From the human T2T-CHM13v2.0 reference genome, Homo sapiens: 64,000 nucleotides of DNA. The notes below the pieces were generated by a model that searched no databases, had not been told where the DNA came from, and saw only the letters and a program-made list of their open reading frames with translations. Below are positions 43,223 to 62,741 of this stretch, piece after piece. How positions within the stretch are numbered: position 1 is the stretch's first letter; each line of letters begins with the position of its first letter. The position numbers and the translations under genes were made by a program. The DNA is taken from assembly GCF_009914755.1 (NCBI RefSeq), contig NC_060938.1; one strand, given 5' to 3'.

Positions 43223-43903
43223 TATTCCCAGTGAAAGGTATCCGAGTTACCAGCAGTGAATTCATACGGCTCTGAAGCAACCTCAATTCTTGCCTGCTCA
43301 GAAGAAAAAATTTGGCTGAGGGGCCTAAGAAAGAAAAAGAGACGAGGCAAGTTTCAGAGCAGGAGTGGACGTTTACTAAAAAATTTTAGAGCAGGAAAGA
43401 AAGGAAAATGCACTTGGAAGAGACCCAAGTGAGCACTAAGAAGGTCAGGTGCAACATTTAACTGTGATCCTAGGATTTTATAAGCTGGCCCACTTCCAAC
43501 ATCTTGCACTCCTTTCATCCTTCCCTTAGGGTTGGCTGCCTGCATGCACAGTGCCTTCTTTACCCTTGGGAAGTGAGCACGCACAGTGTGTTTGGGAAGC
43601 TGTATGCAGCCTATATGAGACTTTCTTCCCTTTTCCAGTGGAGTGCCCCAGAAGGTCATACTCCACCATTCTGTCACTTAATTCGCATGCGCAAGAAGTT
43701 GCATCTCTCTGGTGACTGCATTCAATTAACACGTTAGTGTGACAGGTGTGGACGGTCAGGAAATGACCTCTCTCTGGCACCAGCTGCCAGTTTATTATGT
43801 TTAGAGAGGCAATATGATAATTGCTGAACCATCACCCAACATTCTTGATGGTGAGGGAGAGCTCTCTCCTGCCCTGCTCATGCCTGTCTAACTACCTGCA
43901 ACA
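43223..43903 (-). mobile_element. ERV1 solo LTR, LTR9 family (HUERS-P3/MER50-related)
   Basis: The minus strand begins tgttgcaggtagttagacaggcatgagcagggcaggagagagctctccc and ends ...ggtaactcggatacctttcactggg. No clean TSD was found. Confidence 0.75.
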
Positions 43904-43991
43904 AGTTTACATACAAAGGAAATGGAGCCATAATGGAATCTGAATAACTGTCATTAAACTGGATATACTAGGAATAAAAAGATTATAAAGA

Positions 43992-44282
<291 letters not shown>

Positions 44283-45916
44283 CTATAAAGAAATATTTTG
44301 AAACAAAAATGATTTTGAATCAAAAAAAGTAAACTATTTTGAAGATAAAATAATGATTTTATGTATGGGTAGGTAAGGGTAGGCAAAAAACTTATTTTTA
44401 AAATACATTTTTGTGGGAAAAATAATCTTACATTTATAAGGAGAAAAAAATCCTATAGAATTACAAGAACGAGAAGGCATGGAATTAAATAAATCAAGAA
44501 GCTACACGAGGTTCTCTAGCTGTGCATCCTGGTGGTTGGGAGCAGAAAGTCATGGACTCTAGAAAATATGTTTTTCCAAGAAAGCAAGTTTCACTCAATA
44601 GATAGTTTAATTTTGATGACAGAGAATCTATGCTACATTAAAAGGTATAAACTGAGAAGAAAAATAGGAAGGCAATTTAAAACACAATGAAATGCAAAAC
44701 GAAATACAACACGGAATTATTTTGAATTTCTAAAACATAAGAATCCATGAAAGTTTTGTTTTCTCTGAGTGATTCGTTTACAAACAACATTGACTTTTTT
44801 TTCTACATAAGTTTATTCAGACTTGGACAGAATACTATATTCAGTTTTCAAAATCAATCTATGGTCAAACATTAAAACATTTAACTTTTGACAAAAATGT
44901 AAAATAATTTATAGTAAGTAGAAATTAGAAGGTGTAAAGAGGGAGAGAAATAGAACCAAGTTCTGGCTGCTAATTTCTTTATCTTAAATAGTGAAGAGTC
45001 AAGAAATACTACTCAAAGTAGTGAAATAATCAAGATACACACATATTACTAAAAGACATAATGGTGACATTTAAAAGTCCTACAAGTAAAAGTATAAATA
45101 TATAAATGGGGAGCATATTCGAGAAGAAAATGTCAGGGAAAGGGAAAATGAGCTAATTCAGTATGATTCATTATTGAGACTCAATAAATAGTCTTTACTT
45201 TTGAAAAATCAAGAAATGAATGTAAAAGCATATTACATATACCTTAGAGTTACAGAGTTGCCCCTCCTTAAAAAGAAACCAAAAAACATAACAAAGCAAA
45301 AGTCATCAAAGGTAAGTGTCTCTGGGCGGTGAAGTACATTTGGCCCGTAACATGTTTAAACTTTATATCAAGCTTTTCTACTGTGTGCATATTCTCCTTC
45401 GTGAATTAAAAAGCATCATTTGTCTGAAACTATTCTACATCTTTTGGTCTCAACCATTTTCTTAGCACACTTCCTGCTTTATCCACTAGGTATTTAGGGT
45501 ATATAATGATTTGGGGTCATTAACTAAATTGCAGATGATTAGTAAACACCTGAATTTAGCAAATGTTTTACAACAATAAAGAGCAAATTAAATACAAACC
45601 CTTGTGCTGAGCTATCATCAAAGGCCAAGCATTTCAATGATATTTTTCTTAATTTTAAAAATAATCCTGCCTAGTATAGCCATTTTACAGATGGCAAAAC
45701 AGACTCAGAGGCTGAAAATGACTTTCACAAAACCACAGGCTCCATTTGCTAGTTTTATTTCCCCCGCCCGCCCCTTGCTACTGTTTTTTTACTTTAAGGT
45801 TCATAACTGAGACGTTAACTTGCAGAATTTCTTTGGGAAATAGTCTCATATCCACAATGAGACCGAGAAAGATAAAGATTTCATGGATTCTTATGTTTTG
45901 GAAATTCAAAATTTTC

Positions 45917-45994
45917 TATATATATATATATCTCCCATATATATCCTCCGATATATATATATATATCGGAATATATATATATATATATATATAT
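45917..45994. repeat. Interrupted (TA)n microsatellite
   Basis: TA runs separated by ctccc, cctccg and cgga. Confidence 0.92.
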
Positions 45995-47349
45995 CCCACA
46001 ATCTGGGCTGAATTAAATTAAAGGGTTCACACAACTTGCAACATGTGTTCTCTGCGGATGATATGAGAGATCTGGAGGAGACATCCCAGCAGTCCAACAT
46101 GCACTGGGGAAATAAATGGTGGCACCACCCAGCCCCATTCTGCGTGAGTTACAGTAATTTATTAATAGACATGACATCTTGAAGGGTTTCAGCTGAGGTT
46201 CCTGACAGAGAAGTTTCATGCGTTGGATGCCAAAATATACTATTTTGTTTTTATACTTTATGTTTTGCATTTGGCATTATCTAAAATATTTAAACAAAGC
46301 TACTAGCTAGTTGGAGTATATTCAAGAAATTTGCTCAGAGAATATCACAATTAGAAATCATAAGCCAGCTCAAAACAGAGGATGCTTTTTGATTACTATA
46401 TTTGCATGAATTGATGCAGTGGATCTCTGTTAAAATAACTGACAATTTTCAACTGCACCTAAAAGCTCATGCTCCAAGAGACAGAATGAGTTAAGTAATT
46501 TGTAAAGCCCAGTGCAAAATTAAATTGTGAAGTTACTTTTTAAAAAATGATTAAGAATTTCAAGAGAGTGACTACAGAGCATTAAACAACGTGTGGAACT
46601 CTTCCACGTGTGGGGTTCCCTTTTATGGCACCCACAGGTCCTGTGTCCTTGGGGAGCTGACCCTGCCTAGTTAGTCAGCTTGGGAGATGCCTGTGATGGT
46701 GATTCAATTGCTAAAAGAGGGCAGGCAGTACCAAGGCTGTGTGTTCCTGCATCTGATGCTAAATGCTTCTGTCTATCTGTCCCAAGCTCTCTGTGGATTT
46801 ATCAGATCTTTTAATGCTAAACTTTCTGAGCAATATATCACTCAAACCACCTTTGGTAATGCCCTACACCAGTAATTTTCCTTCCTATATTAGAAATTGT
46901 CTACAATGTTCAGGACAGCCTTTTGGTAGAGACACTTCTGCTCTACTCTGATTTTTGTCTTTTCTCTTTCTCTCGTGTATTCTGAAAATCACCCCTTCCT
47001 TTTGTAATCAGTGACTTCCCTATACATTTGTTGGTATTGGTCTTTCTTTGACATTTATGTAAAGCAGGTACCTAGATTATATAAATTTGTTGCCCCACAA
47101 TGTGGATCCACTTATTATTTTTCTTATTTATTATAGAGATACAGAAATTCCAGCGAGACCTACATTCTCCCAGGTAGAACGAAATCTCAATTGTTACTCT
47201 GATGTTCTTTGCTGCCTCACTCTACATTGCTTTGATTGTACTGATGTGAACACTAAGACACAATAAGGGTAAGTCACTCAGCAGAATCCTACAGTGCCTT
47301 AAGGTAATGTTGTTGGTCAGCCCATGGTCTCTGGCCACCAGTCCTGTGA

Positions 47350-47811
<462 letters not shown>

Positions 47812-48929
47812 TCAATTTCATCTTCTGTGAAAAGTAGTTTAACTCAATAGGTTGGAAACAGTGCTATGAGCCTCTTGATAGAAATGACATGAAAAACATC
47901 ATGAGATGTTCTGACAAATCTGCTGCATGAATATGATGATTTCAAATAATAATTATGTTCATTAATTCTTATAATTTTTATGCCATGGTCTTATATTCTA
48001 ATATTCTTTCTCATGCCAGGCACCATTCAAAAGGTTTTATATATGCCAACCTATATAGTCCTCACAACAACCCTAAAAAATAGTATACTTACTCTCCCCT
48101 TTTTAAAGATGAATAAATGGAAAATTAACTAACTTGCTCAGGTGCTGATAATCCCAATACTACACCCATCTCCTTGTCATGAATTCACTAATCGTTTTGA
48201 TATGACATAAGTCTTCAATTCCCCTATAAATGCAATTTTCCTGTTCTTGATTTGATTTAAAACACCTCTAGAATCCTTTCTATGTCTAAAATTACAGTGT
48301 TGGAGAAGAAACTATCAGCTGTAAACGACATTCAGATAATTCCCATTAACTATCAACTATGTAATTTTGTGTTATTTTTACATCACTCTTGTACTTTTTT
48401 TGCTTAAAAAATTAAATGATTGCATACAAAATGAGACAATTTTGTTCTTATTTAATCCTTACTGTGAATACAGGCACAACAATTACATTATTTTGAAGCT
48501 ATTGATTGCTCTTTAAATGTCCTGCTTCTGTAATGAGGATCTGCTGTAATCCACCACATTCTAAATCTTCCCCTCAATAACCGTTATGGCTTTAGTTTTC
48601 TGTTGTTTTCTGTTGTTCACCTTTAAAAACAATAGTGCCTCACAAGATTTGAAATGTTCAGATAAAGCATTGTTTATTTGAGTGTTCTTGTTAAAGAACC
48701 CTGACTCAAAGTAAAATGTGTTTCACTAAGTTCCTTTAAGGATGGTTGTTTATATTGCTCATTCAACCCTCAAAAAATTTCTCTGTGGGGTGACACTGCA
48801 TAAATTAAACAGTGCTGATTTATGCTATAATTAGTTATCTGATGCAATATCTTAAAATAATGTCTCAGAAAAAAATTGCCTTGTCTTTTAAAAAAAATTG
48901 GTTTAAGTAGTCTTAATACTTAAACTCAA

Positions 48930-49018
48930 GTTAGGCTGGTCTCAAGCTCCTGACCTCAGGTGATCTGCCCGCCTCCCCAAAGTGCTGGGATTGCAGGCAT
49001 GAGTCAACACACCTAGCC
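48930..49018 (-). mobile_element. Alu left-arm fragment
   Basis: aggctggtctcaagctcctgacctcaggtgatctgcccgcctcc...gtgctgggattgcaggcatgagtcaacacacctagcc. Confidence 0.85.
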
Positions 49019-49365
49019 TCAATTTTCTAAAATAAATTCTCAGCAATTTTAAAGCAATATAAAATATATTTGTAGCTTGTGCTCTTCTTTAGAATTGCCT
49101 CCTAGGAAGAGAGAGAATGGCAAACCAGAAATAAATGATGATGAAGGCTCTAGAACTTACAGAATTTTAAAGCGCATTAGCATCCAGTTTTTATTGTTAT
49201 TATCAAGGATTTATTCCCATAATTATGATACAACAAAGATAGATTATAATTAGTAATATACAAAACAGTGATTACTGAAAACTATGGAGATATAGCAGAA
49301 GTTAGAAAAAATTTTAATTCACAAGGTTCATAAAGGTTTTGATGGAATTAAAAATATAATGCCTA

Positions 49366-49843
<478 letters not shown>

Positions 49844-50359
49844 ATATAATGCTTAACAGACTCCCTAGTTTTTCCATCCCCTCTAAAATCTCTAGCACCA
49901 AAGATAGCAGTGGTTTCTTAAAAAATCAATAATCACATTGGAACACAACAAAAGGAAATCTTATGTATAAGAACATTTTTTAAAATCCTGAGAGGCAGAC
50001 GGCAGGTATGGTCCAAACTAAATAGGAAAATCTCAGCTCCAATGTACTAAGAAAGCATTGTTGCAAGGGGCTACCAGGAGAAAAAAGAGCTCTATGTCTG
50101 GTGGATGGATTCCAGTCATAAAAGTAGATCTACGTGTAAATTACAACGTAATTCATTGGGATATCATAAAAGGTGAAGTCACACCCTTGACACGTCTCTC
50201 AACACTCATACCCATGTGGTCTTGGGCTACTTGGAAATTGTGTCTGCCTCCTGACATGAGAAGCAGACAGTGGAAAGCGGGTCAGCACACTGAGTGACAG
50301 GCCATAGCAAATAAAAATGAGGAGCACTCCTACCTCAAAGATCGGGGGAAACAGCTTGC

Positions 50360-51096
<737 letters not shown>

Positions 51097-51796
51097 TAAG
51101 CAGCTCTACCTTCATAACTCCTCATCACAAACATATACTCTGGGCATGGCGATTCGGCATTTGATGTAATGAGAACTTTAGCTATAAAGATGAATACACA
51201 GCCAGAAATTACCGAACATTTAAGGAAAGCTCATGCTGTGAAAACCAAAGAAAATTAATGTAAAAACACTCATGTGAGGTAACATAGTAAATAGGGAAAA
51301 TATAACATCTTAAATGGGAAAGGATATTGGGTTCATACAAAAGAATCCACTTGTGATTTAAAAAAAGACTTGAAGTTTGAGAATTGAAAAGCAGAATTAA
51401 AAATTCAGAAGAACCCATTGGAAATCTTTACAATCACTAAGAGAGACCAGAGATCTCTCTCACAAAATACGGCATAAAAGAATAGGTAAAAATGTGTCTA
51501 TGATGTTCCAAGAGAAAATGAAGAGAAGGTTGAGAAGATGTATCCAACAATATTAAAGAATACAACTTATTGAATTGATCAAAGATCAAAGATATGAATC
51601 ATCTTACAGGGTCTATCCAGTGTCGAGAATAATAAAACACAAACACATTTACACATATATATACTTATTAAACTCATTGTAATAAAACCTAAAACTACCA
51701 AAAGAGATACAGATTACTAAAAATTTCCAGAGACAGAGGGGCAGAACTCCTTTTTAATCATACAAATGAATGGGAGTTAGTTTGCTATTAGTCTTC

Positions 51797-52481
<685 letters not shown>

Positions 52482-52669
52482 CCTTCTCATCCACAATATT
52501 CTTAGCATGAAGACAATAGAGCAACAGATTTAAATTTTTGAAAGAAAATAACTTTAAGTGTAATGATAACATCTACAAAGTTGGTAAAATGAAGACATTT
52601 CAAACATGTAAGGCTTCTAAGAGTTTACACCATGCAAATTCTATCTCAAAGTATTATTAAAGATAGACA

Positions 52670-52960
<291 letters not shown>

Positions 52961-53518
52961 AGATAGATAGTGGGTATGGTTGCACTACACTGTGAATGAA
53001 ATTAATGCTGCCAAATCATACAGTTAAAATGGGTTACAATAGAAGATGTTATATATATTTTTACCACATATAAAGTGTCATTTTAAGATCCATTCTAACA
53101 AGACAAAAACATGAAACTAGGAAGAAGGCAAGGAATGAAATTAAAAATGGTGAAAAATTATTGTGAAGATAATTAAAGGCACTAGTCTCAGGAAATATAG
53201 AGTAATACAACAAAAATTAAGAAAGATTAGAGGAGGTTAGAGAATTATGCCATAATTCAAAGCTACATGTAATGAACTCTTCACCCCTAAAACACACAGT
53301 GAACACTGTTTTCAAGCAGATCAAACACATAGAAATGATCATGTAGTGAACTACAAAGAAAAATACAATATTTCAAAACCGATGTTACGCTATGTTCAAC
53401 GACTATCATGCAGTATATTTGGAGATCAATAATTTAAAGTAGCTAAATCTGTGTATATCTGGAAATTAACACGAACCTATGTACATATTTATAAGAGGAT
53501 GAGATACCAGATATCTTT

Positions 53519-53997
53519 CATATATATGTATATATGTATTAGATATACATACACACGTACGTGTATATGTATTAGATATACGTGTATATGTATTAGATAT
53601 ACATATACACACGTGTGTATATATATGTATTAGATTAGGGTCGTAATATGTGTATATATATGTATTAGATTAGGGTGGCAGTATGGTTGGGTTCTGGTGA
53701 ACCCAGTTTGCAGACTGCAGACTTCTTGTTGTATCCTCTCAAAGCATATATATACACACACACGTGTACATACACACATATACACGCACATACACACACA
53801 TGTGTACATACACACATATACAGACATGTGTACATACACATACGTGTACACACACGTGTACATACATACACACATGTGTACATACACACATACACACGTG
53901 TACATGCACACATACACACACATACACATATATGTGTGTGTATACACACATATATATGTATATACGTATATACACACAGACACACACATACACACAT
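53519..53997. repeat. Complex TA/CA/TG microsatellite with an embedded 80-bp insertion
   Basis: The left block contains tatgtattagatatac units. The right block (53747-53997) is near-continuous purine-pyrimidine alternation. Confidence 0.95.
53667..53746 (-). other. Inverted templated copy of 50536-50615 (MLT1A LTR segment)
   Basis: The reverse complement matches 50536-50615 at 76/80 positions without gaps. Confidence 0.95.
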
Positions 53998-55740
53998 GAA
54001 GTTCTAAATAATTTTTGGTTTAAAGAAAGAAAATTGGACATTGCAATTACTTTAAAAAAATGCTTTTTGTGAGCAAATAAAATTATGGAAAATATATAGC
54101 CTTCTGCTATCAATTAACAAAATTGTCTCAAAATAGAAAACCTGAATAGAAAAACTACAGGATACATTAAAACAGCAATAAAAGAAATCTATCTCCTAAA
54201 AGTAAATAGACACAGATGTTTCAAGTGATATCAAGCTCTCAAGGAACAAATAACTCCTACCTTATAAAAACTGTTTAGAACACAGAAAAAAGGTTGGAAG
54301 CTCTCCAAGTCATTTTGCAAAGGGATTTATAAGGACAGCTGTGCTGTTGTCTTGGAAGGACAACTTTGCTGTTGTCTTGGAACTTCAACAGAGACCAAGA
54401 AGCTGGACAATAGTTGCCAGACCATTGCTGCAGAACACACTGGGATATTGTGAACACTCATGAAAGTTTTAGCCTATCACCCAGCTAAAACCCTTAAAAT
54501 TGCAGTTGGGTAAATTGATCAGAAGTATTCCCTAGTGAGAATTCCACTGGAGAGAGTTGGTATACTATGAATCCCCGCCCCTTTCCCAAAGAAGAAGGGC
54601 TTCAGAAGCCTGATATGGGCACCCTGAAGATTAGAGCACTTAGGAGACTGGAACTTGCTTCCAGAAATTAATGAGGCAATTATTCATGAGTTTCTCTGTG
54701 AGTTGAACAAATCCAAGTATGGAAGTGAAGCCTTAACCAGCCTGAAATTTATCCCTTTCAAGAAGGACATCTGGAGTGGTGAGGTACCTACAAGAGAAAG
54801 AGTCTGTATAAGAGGGATTGATGGAAGCCAGGAACTGTCAGTACATAAGAAGCCAGCCGGATGGAGGTATCTTCTGCATCAGATAACAACAGTGTGACAT
54901 CTTGAATAATACAAATTTCCAAGAGTCGACAAAAGCATTGCATAAGAGAAAAAGCCAAAACCAGACATCTATCACACAGATGGCCCTGAAACCGGATGAT
55001 AATGAGCCAAAGAGCCACATAAGACTTTGTTCTTTCTCTCTAATCCTTACTACTCCCTAATCCTAACACTGGAGGGACCCCAAAGGGAGGCCAACTGTAG
55101 AAAGAAGAGATAAAACAAAGAAAACATCAGGAGAAACTGGCCACTTTCCCTCTGTTTTGCTATCAAGCAACCGAGTGTAGCTTTGATATGAGGCTGAACT
55201 GAAAATACAACAGGCTATCTGCTACTACATAAAAGAAATTTGGTAAGTACGAGTTTTGCACAACAGTCACTCCTGAACCATCTTATAATTCTACCCTTAC
55301 TGAGTCCTTCAATATACCAGGGACACTCCAAATCCTGATAGCCAAACAGTCAGAATAACACAAATCCTTAAAAAATTTTAAATTATTAAAAAATTTAAGA
55401 ATCTCTTATAAGTAAAATAATAATAAATCAAATGATAAAAGAATTGCCTATAGTAGCAAATTAAGATCCATCCCCAGTAATAAAAAAATTTTTTATAGCA
55501 AAGAACATGTGTATATTTTCTACCTATGTACATGCATTTTACCTATCTACTTGCATTCTACATGCATTACATTTAAGAATGTAATTTTCTGTATTGATAA
55601 GCCAAACGAGAAAATATGATCTCAGTAAATGCCAAGTCTTAGCTAAAGGTAAGCAGTTGTCTGCTAATTAAATACAAACAATATCTTAGCAACTATAAAA
55701 TTAAGGGAAACATCCTTAATAGGACATACCTTTCGGTTCT

Positions 55741-56770
55741 GGCAGCCAAGATGGCCGAATAGGAACAGCTCCGGTCTACAGCTCCCAGCGTGAGCAACGC
55801 AGAAGACCGGTGATTTCTGCATTTCCATCTGAGGTACCAGGTTCATCTCACTAGAGAGTGCCAGACAGTGGGCGCAGGACAGAGGGTGCAGCGCACCGTG
55901 CGCAAGCCGAAGCAGGGCTAGGCATTGACTCACTGGGGAAGCACAAGGGGTCAGGGAGTTCCCTTTCCTAGTCAAAGAAAAGAGTGATAGATGGCACCTG
56001 GAAAACCGGGTCACTCCCACCCTAATACTGCGCTTTTCCGACGGGCTTAAAAAACGGTGCACCAGGAGACTATATCCCGCACCTGGCTCAGAGGGTCCTA
56101 TCCCATGGAGTCTCGCTGATTGCTAGCACAGCAGTCTGAGATCAAACTGCAAGGCGGCAAGGAGGCTGGGGGAGGGGCGCCCGCCATTGCCCAGGCTTGA
56201 TTAGGTAAACAAAGCAGCCGGGAAGCTCGAACTGGGTGGAGCCCACCACAGCTCCAGGAGGCCTGCCTGCCTCTGTAGGCTCCACCTCTGGGGGCAGGGC
56301 ACAGACAAACAAAAAGACAGCAGTAACCTCTGCAGACTTAAATGTCCCTGTCCCTCAGCTTTGAAGAGAGCAGTGGTTCTCCCACCACGCAGCTGGAGAT
56401 CTGAGAATGGGCAGACTGCCTCCTCAAGTGTGTCCCTGACCCCTGACCCCCGAGCAGCCTAACTGGGAGGCACTCCCCATTAGGGGCAGACTGACACGTC
56501 ACACGGCCAGTTACTCCTCTGAGACAAAACTTCCAGAGGAACTATCAGACAGCAGCATTCGCGGTTCACGAAAATCCGCTCTTCTGCAGCCACCGCTGTT
56601 GATACCCAGGCAAACAGGGTCTGGAGTGGACCTCTAGCAAACTCCAACAGAACTGCAGCTGAGGGTCCTGTCTGTTAGAAGGAAAACTAACAAACAGAAA
56701 GGACATCCACACCAAAAACCCATCTGTACATCACCATCATCAAAGACCAAAAGTAGATAAAACCAGAAAG
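55741..56770 (+). promoter_or_regulatory. L1 5'UTR internal sense and antisense promoter region
   Basis: YY1 motif caagatggcc at the 5' end and a CpG-enriched 5'UTR. Function is assumed from L1 biology; activity is not shown. Confidence 0.75.
56098..56187 (-). pseudogene. L1 antisense ORF0, truncated to 29 aa
   Basis: The ATG at 56187 reads MAGAPPPASLPPCSLISDCCASNQRDSMG*. An apparent 1-nt loss shifts the frame, and the ORF0-like C-terminus (RFLSPSEKRSIRVGVTRFSRC) is in ORF 55664-56062. Confidence 0.75.
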
Positions 56771-57781
56771 ATGGGGAAAAAACAGAGCAGAAAAACTGGA
56801 AACTCTAAAAAGCAGAGCGCCTTTCCTCCTCCAAAGCAATGCAGTTCCTCACCAGCAACGGAACAAAGCTGGACGGAGAATGACGAGTTGAGAGAAGAAG
56901 GCTTCAGACGATCAAACTACTCCGAGCTACAGGAGGAAATTCAAACCAAAGGCAAAGAAGTTAAAAACTTTGAAAAAAATTTAGAAGAATGTATAACTAG
57001 AATAACCAATACAGAGAAGTGCTTAAAGGAGCTGACTGAGCTGAAAGCCAAGGCTGGAGAACTACGTGAAGAATGCAAAAGCCTCAGGAGCCAATGCAAT
57101 CAACTGGAAGAAAGGGTATCAGTGATGGAAGATGAAATGAATGAAATGAAGTGAGAAGGGAAGTTTACAGAAAAAAGAATAAAAAGAAATGAACAAAGCC
57201 TCCAAGAAATGTGGGACTACGTGAAAAGACCAAATCTACGTCTGATTGGTGTACCTGAAAGTGACAGGGAGAATGGAACCAAGTTGGAAAACACTCTACA
57301 GGATATTAACCAGGAGAACTTCCCCAATCTAGCAAGGCAGGCCAACATTTAGATTCAGGAAATACAGAGAATGCCACAAAGATACTCCTCGAGAAGAGAA
57401 ACTCCAAGACACATAATTGTCAGATTCACCAAAGTTAAAATAGAGGAAAAAATGTTAAGGGCAGCCAGAGAGAAAGGTCGGGTTACCCACAAAGGGAAGC
57501 CCATCAGACTAACAGTGGATCTCTCGGCAGAAACTCTACAAGCCAGAAGACAGTGGGGGCCAATATTCAACATTCTTCAAGAAAAGAATTTTCTACCCAG
57601 AATTTCATATCCAGCCAAACTAAGCTTCATAAGTAAAGGAGAAATAAAATACTTTACAGACAAGCAAATGCTGAGAGATTTTGTCACCACCAGGCCTGCA
57701 CTAAAAGAGCTCCTGAAGGAAGCACTAAACATGGAAAGGAACAACCGGTACCAGCCACTGCAAAATCATGCCAAACTGTAA
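56771..57781 (+). pseudogene. L1 ORF1p (RNA-binding chaperone), inactivated
   Basis: MGKKQSRKTGNSK...RYQPLQNHAKL in a single frame, with premature stops TGA 57152-57154 and TAG 57350-57352. Confidence 0.95.
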
Positions 57782-57844
57782 AGACCATCGAGGCTAGGAA
57801 GAAACTGCATCAACTAACGAGCAAAATAACCAGCTAACATCATA

Positions 57845-61672
<3,828 letters not shown>

Positions 61673-62685
61673 ACAATGAGAACACATGGTCACAGGAAGG
61701 GGAACATCACACTCTGGGGACTGTTGTAGGGACGGGGGAGGGGGGAGGGATAGCATTAGGATATATACCTAACACTAAATGATGAGTTAATGGGTGCAGC
61801 ACACCAGCATGGCACATGTACACATATGTAACTAACCTGCACATTGTGCACATGTACCCTAAAACTTAAAGTATAATAATAATAAAATAAAATTAAAAAA
61901 AGGAGATACCTTTCTCATTAATATACTTAAAACCATATTATCAATATAAGAAATTACATAGTGTTGAATTTACCCAAGCAACAGTACAATATATTACTGG
62001 AGGTTATAACCACACAACAAACCAAAAACATTAATAAGTCTAAAAATTACTCTCCAAAATATAGAAAGGTATCCTAAAATATCAAGAAAATGGAAGCAAG
62101 CCAATAAAATGGATTATGTCTATGACTAGGCAATTTATAGAAAAGTACATAAAGATGACTAAGAATGTAAGAAAAACAAAGTAACTTTAGCAGTAGCTTG
62201 ACTAATGCAAATAAAAACAAAAAATAATGAAAGTTTCACAACTTGTAGAGTTTGGATAGATCTGCATTCTGACCCTCTGCAGAATTTCCTAAATAATAAT
62301 AATAAAAATGTCCATGGTCTCAAAGCCAGCAATTCAACTGAATAGCCACTATAACACATGTATAAAAGACACAGAATATATATGTGTATATTTATGTATA
62401 TATATGTGTGTGTGTATATGTGTGTGTGTTTATATTTATATATATATATAAACCTAAACTGCATCATAGCATTTGACAGTGTAATTTGAAAGAAAAAAAA
62501 AAACTCTGTATTTCCGTGATAGTGAAATATCTAAATTAACTATAAGATGGTAATGCTATATGATGTTCCATATGTCAATTATAAATAGACAAATTGGTTT
62601 TAGTTATATATTAAGGGAAGTATTTTATGCATATGCTTCAAAACTATTTACATAAAAAGTTACCGAATTGTATTATTTTATAAGG

Positions 62686-62689
<4 letters not shown>

Positions 62690-62737
<48 letters not shown>
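62690..62737. repeat. (AT)24 microsatellite
   Basis: Uninterrupted AT alternation. Confidence 0.97.

Positions 62738-62741
<4 letters not shown>

Noticed and set aside
53533-53676. Repeated tatgtattagat units with variable spacers, superficially CRISPR-like
   Set aside because: This is primate microsatellite context. The repeats are short, the spacers are low-complexity, and there are no cas genes.
53451-54113. His/Thr- or Cys/Val-rich ORFs in all six frames
   Set aside because: These are microsatellite translation artefacts.
61729-61749. G-quadruplex motif in the L1 3'UTR
   Set aside because: This is a standard feature of L1PA 3'UTRs, not specific to this locus.
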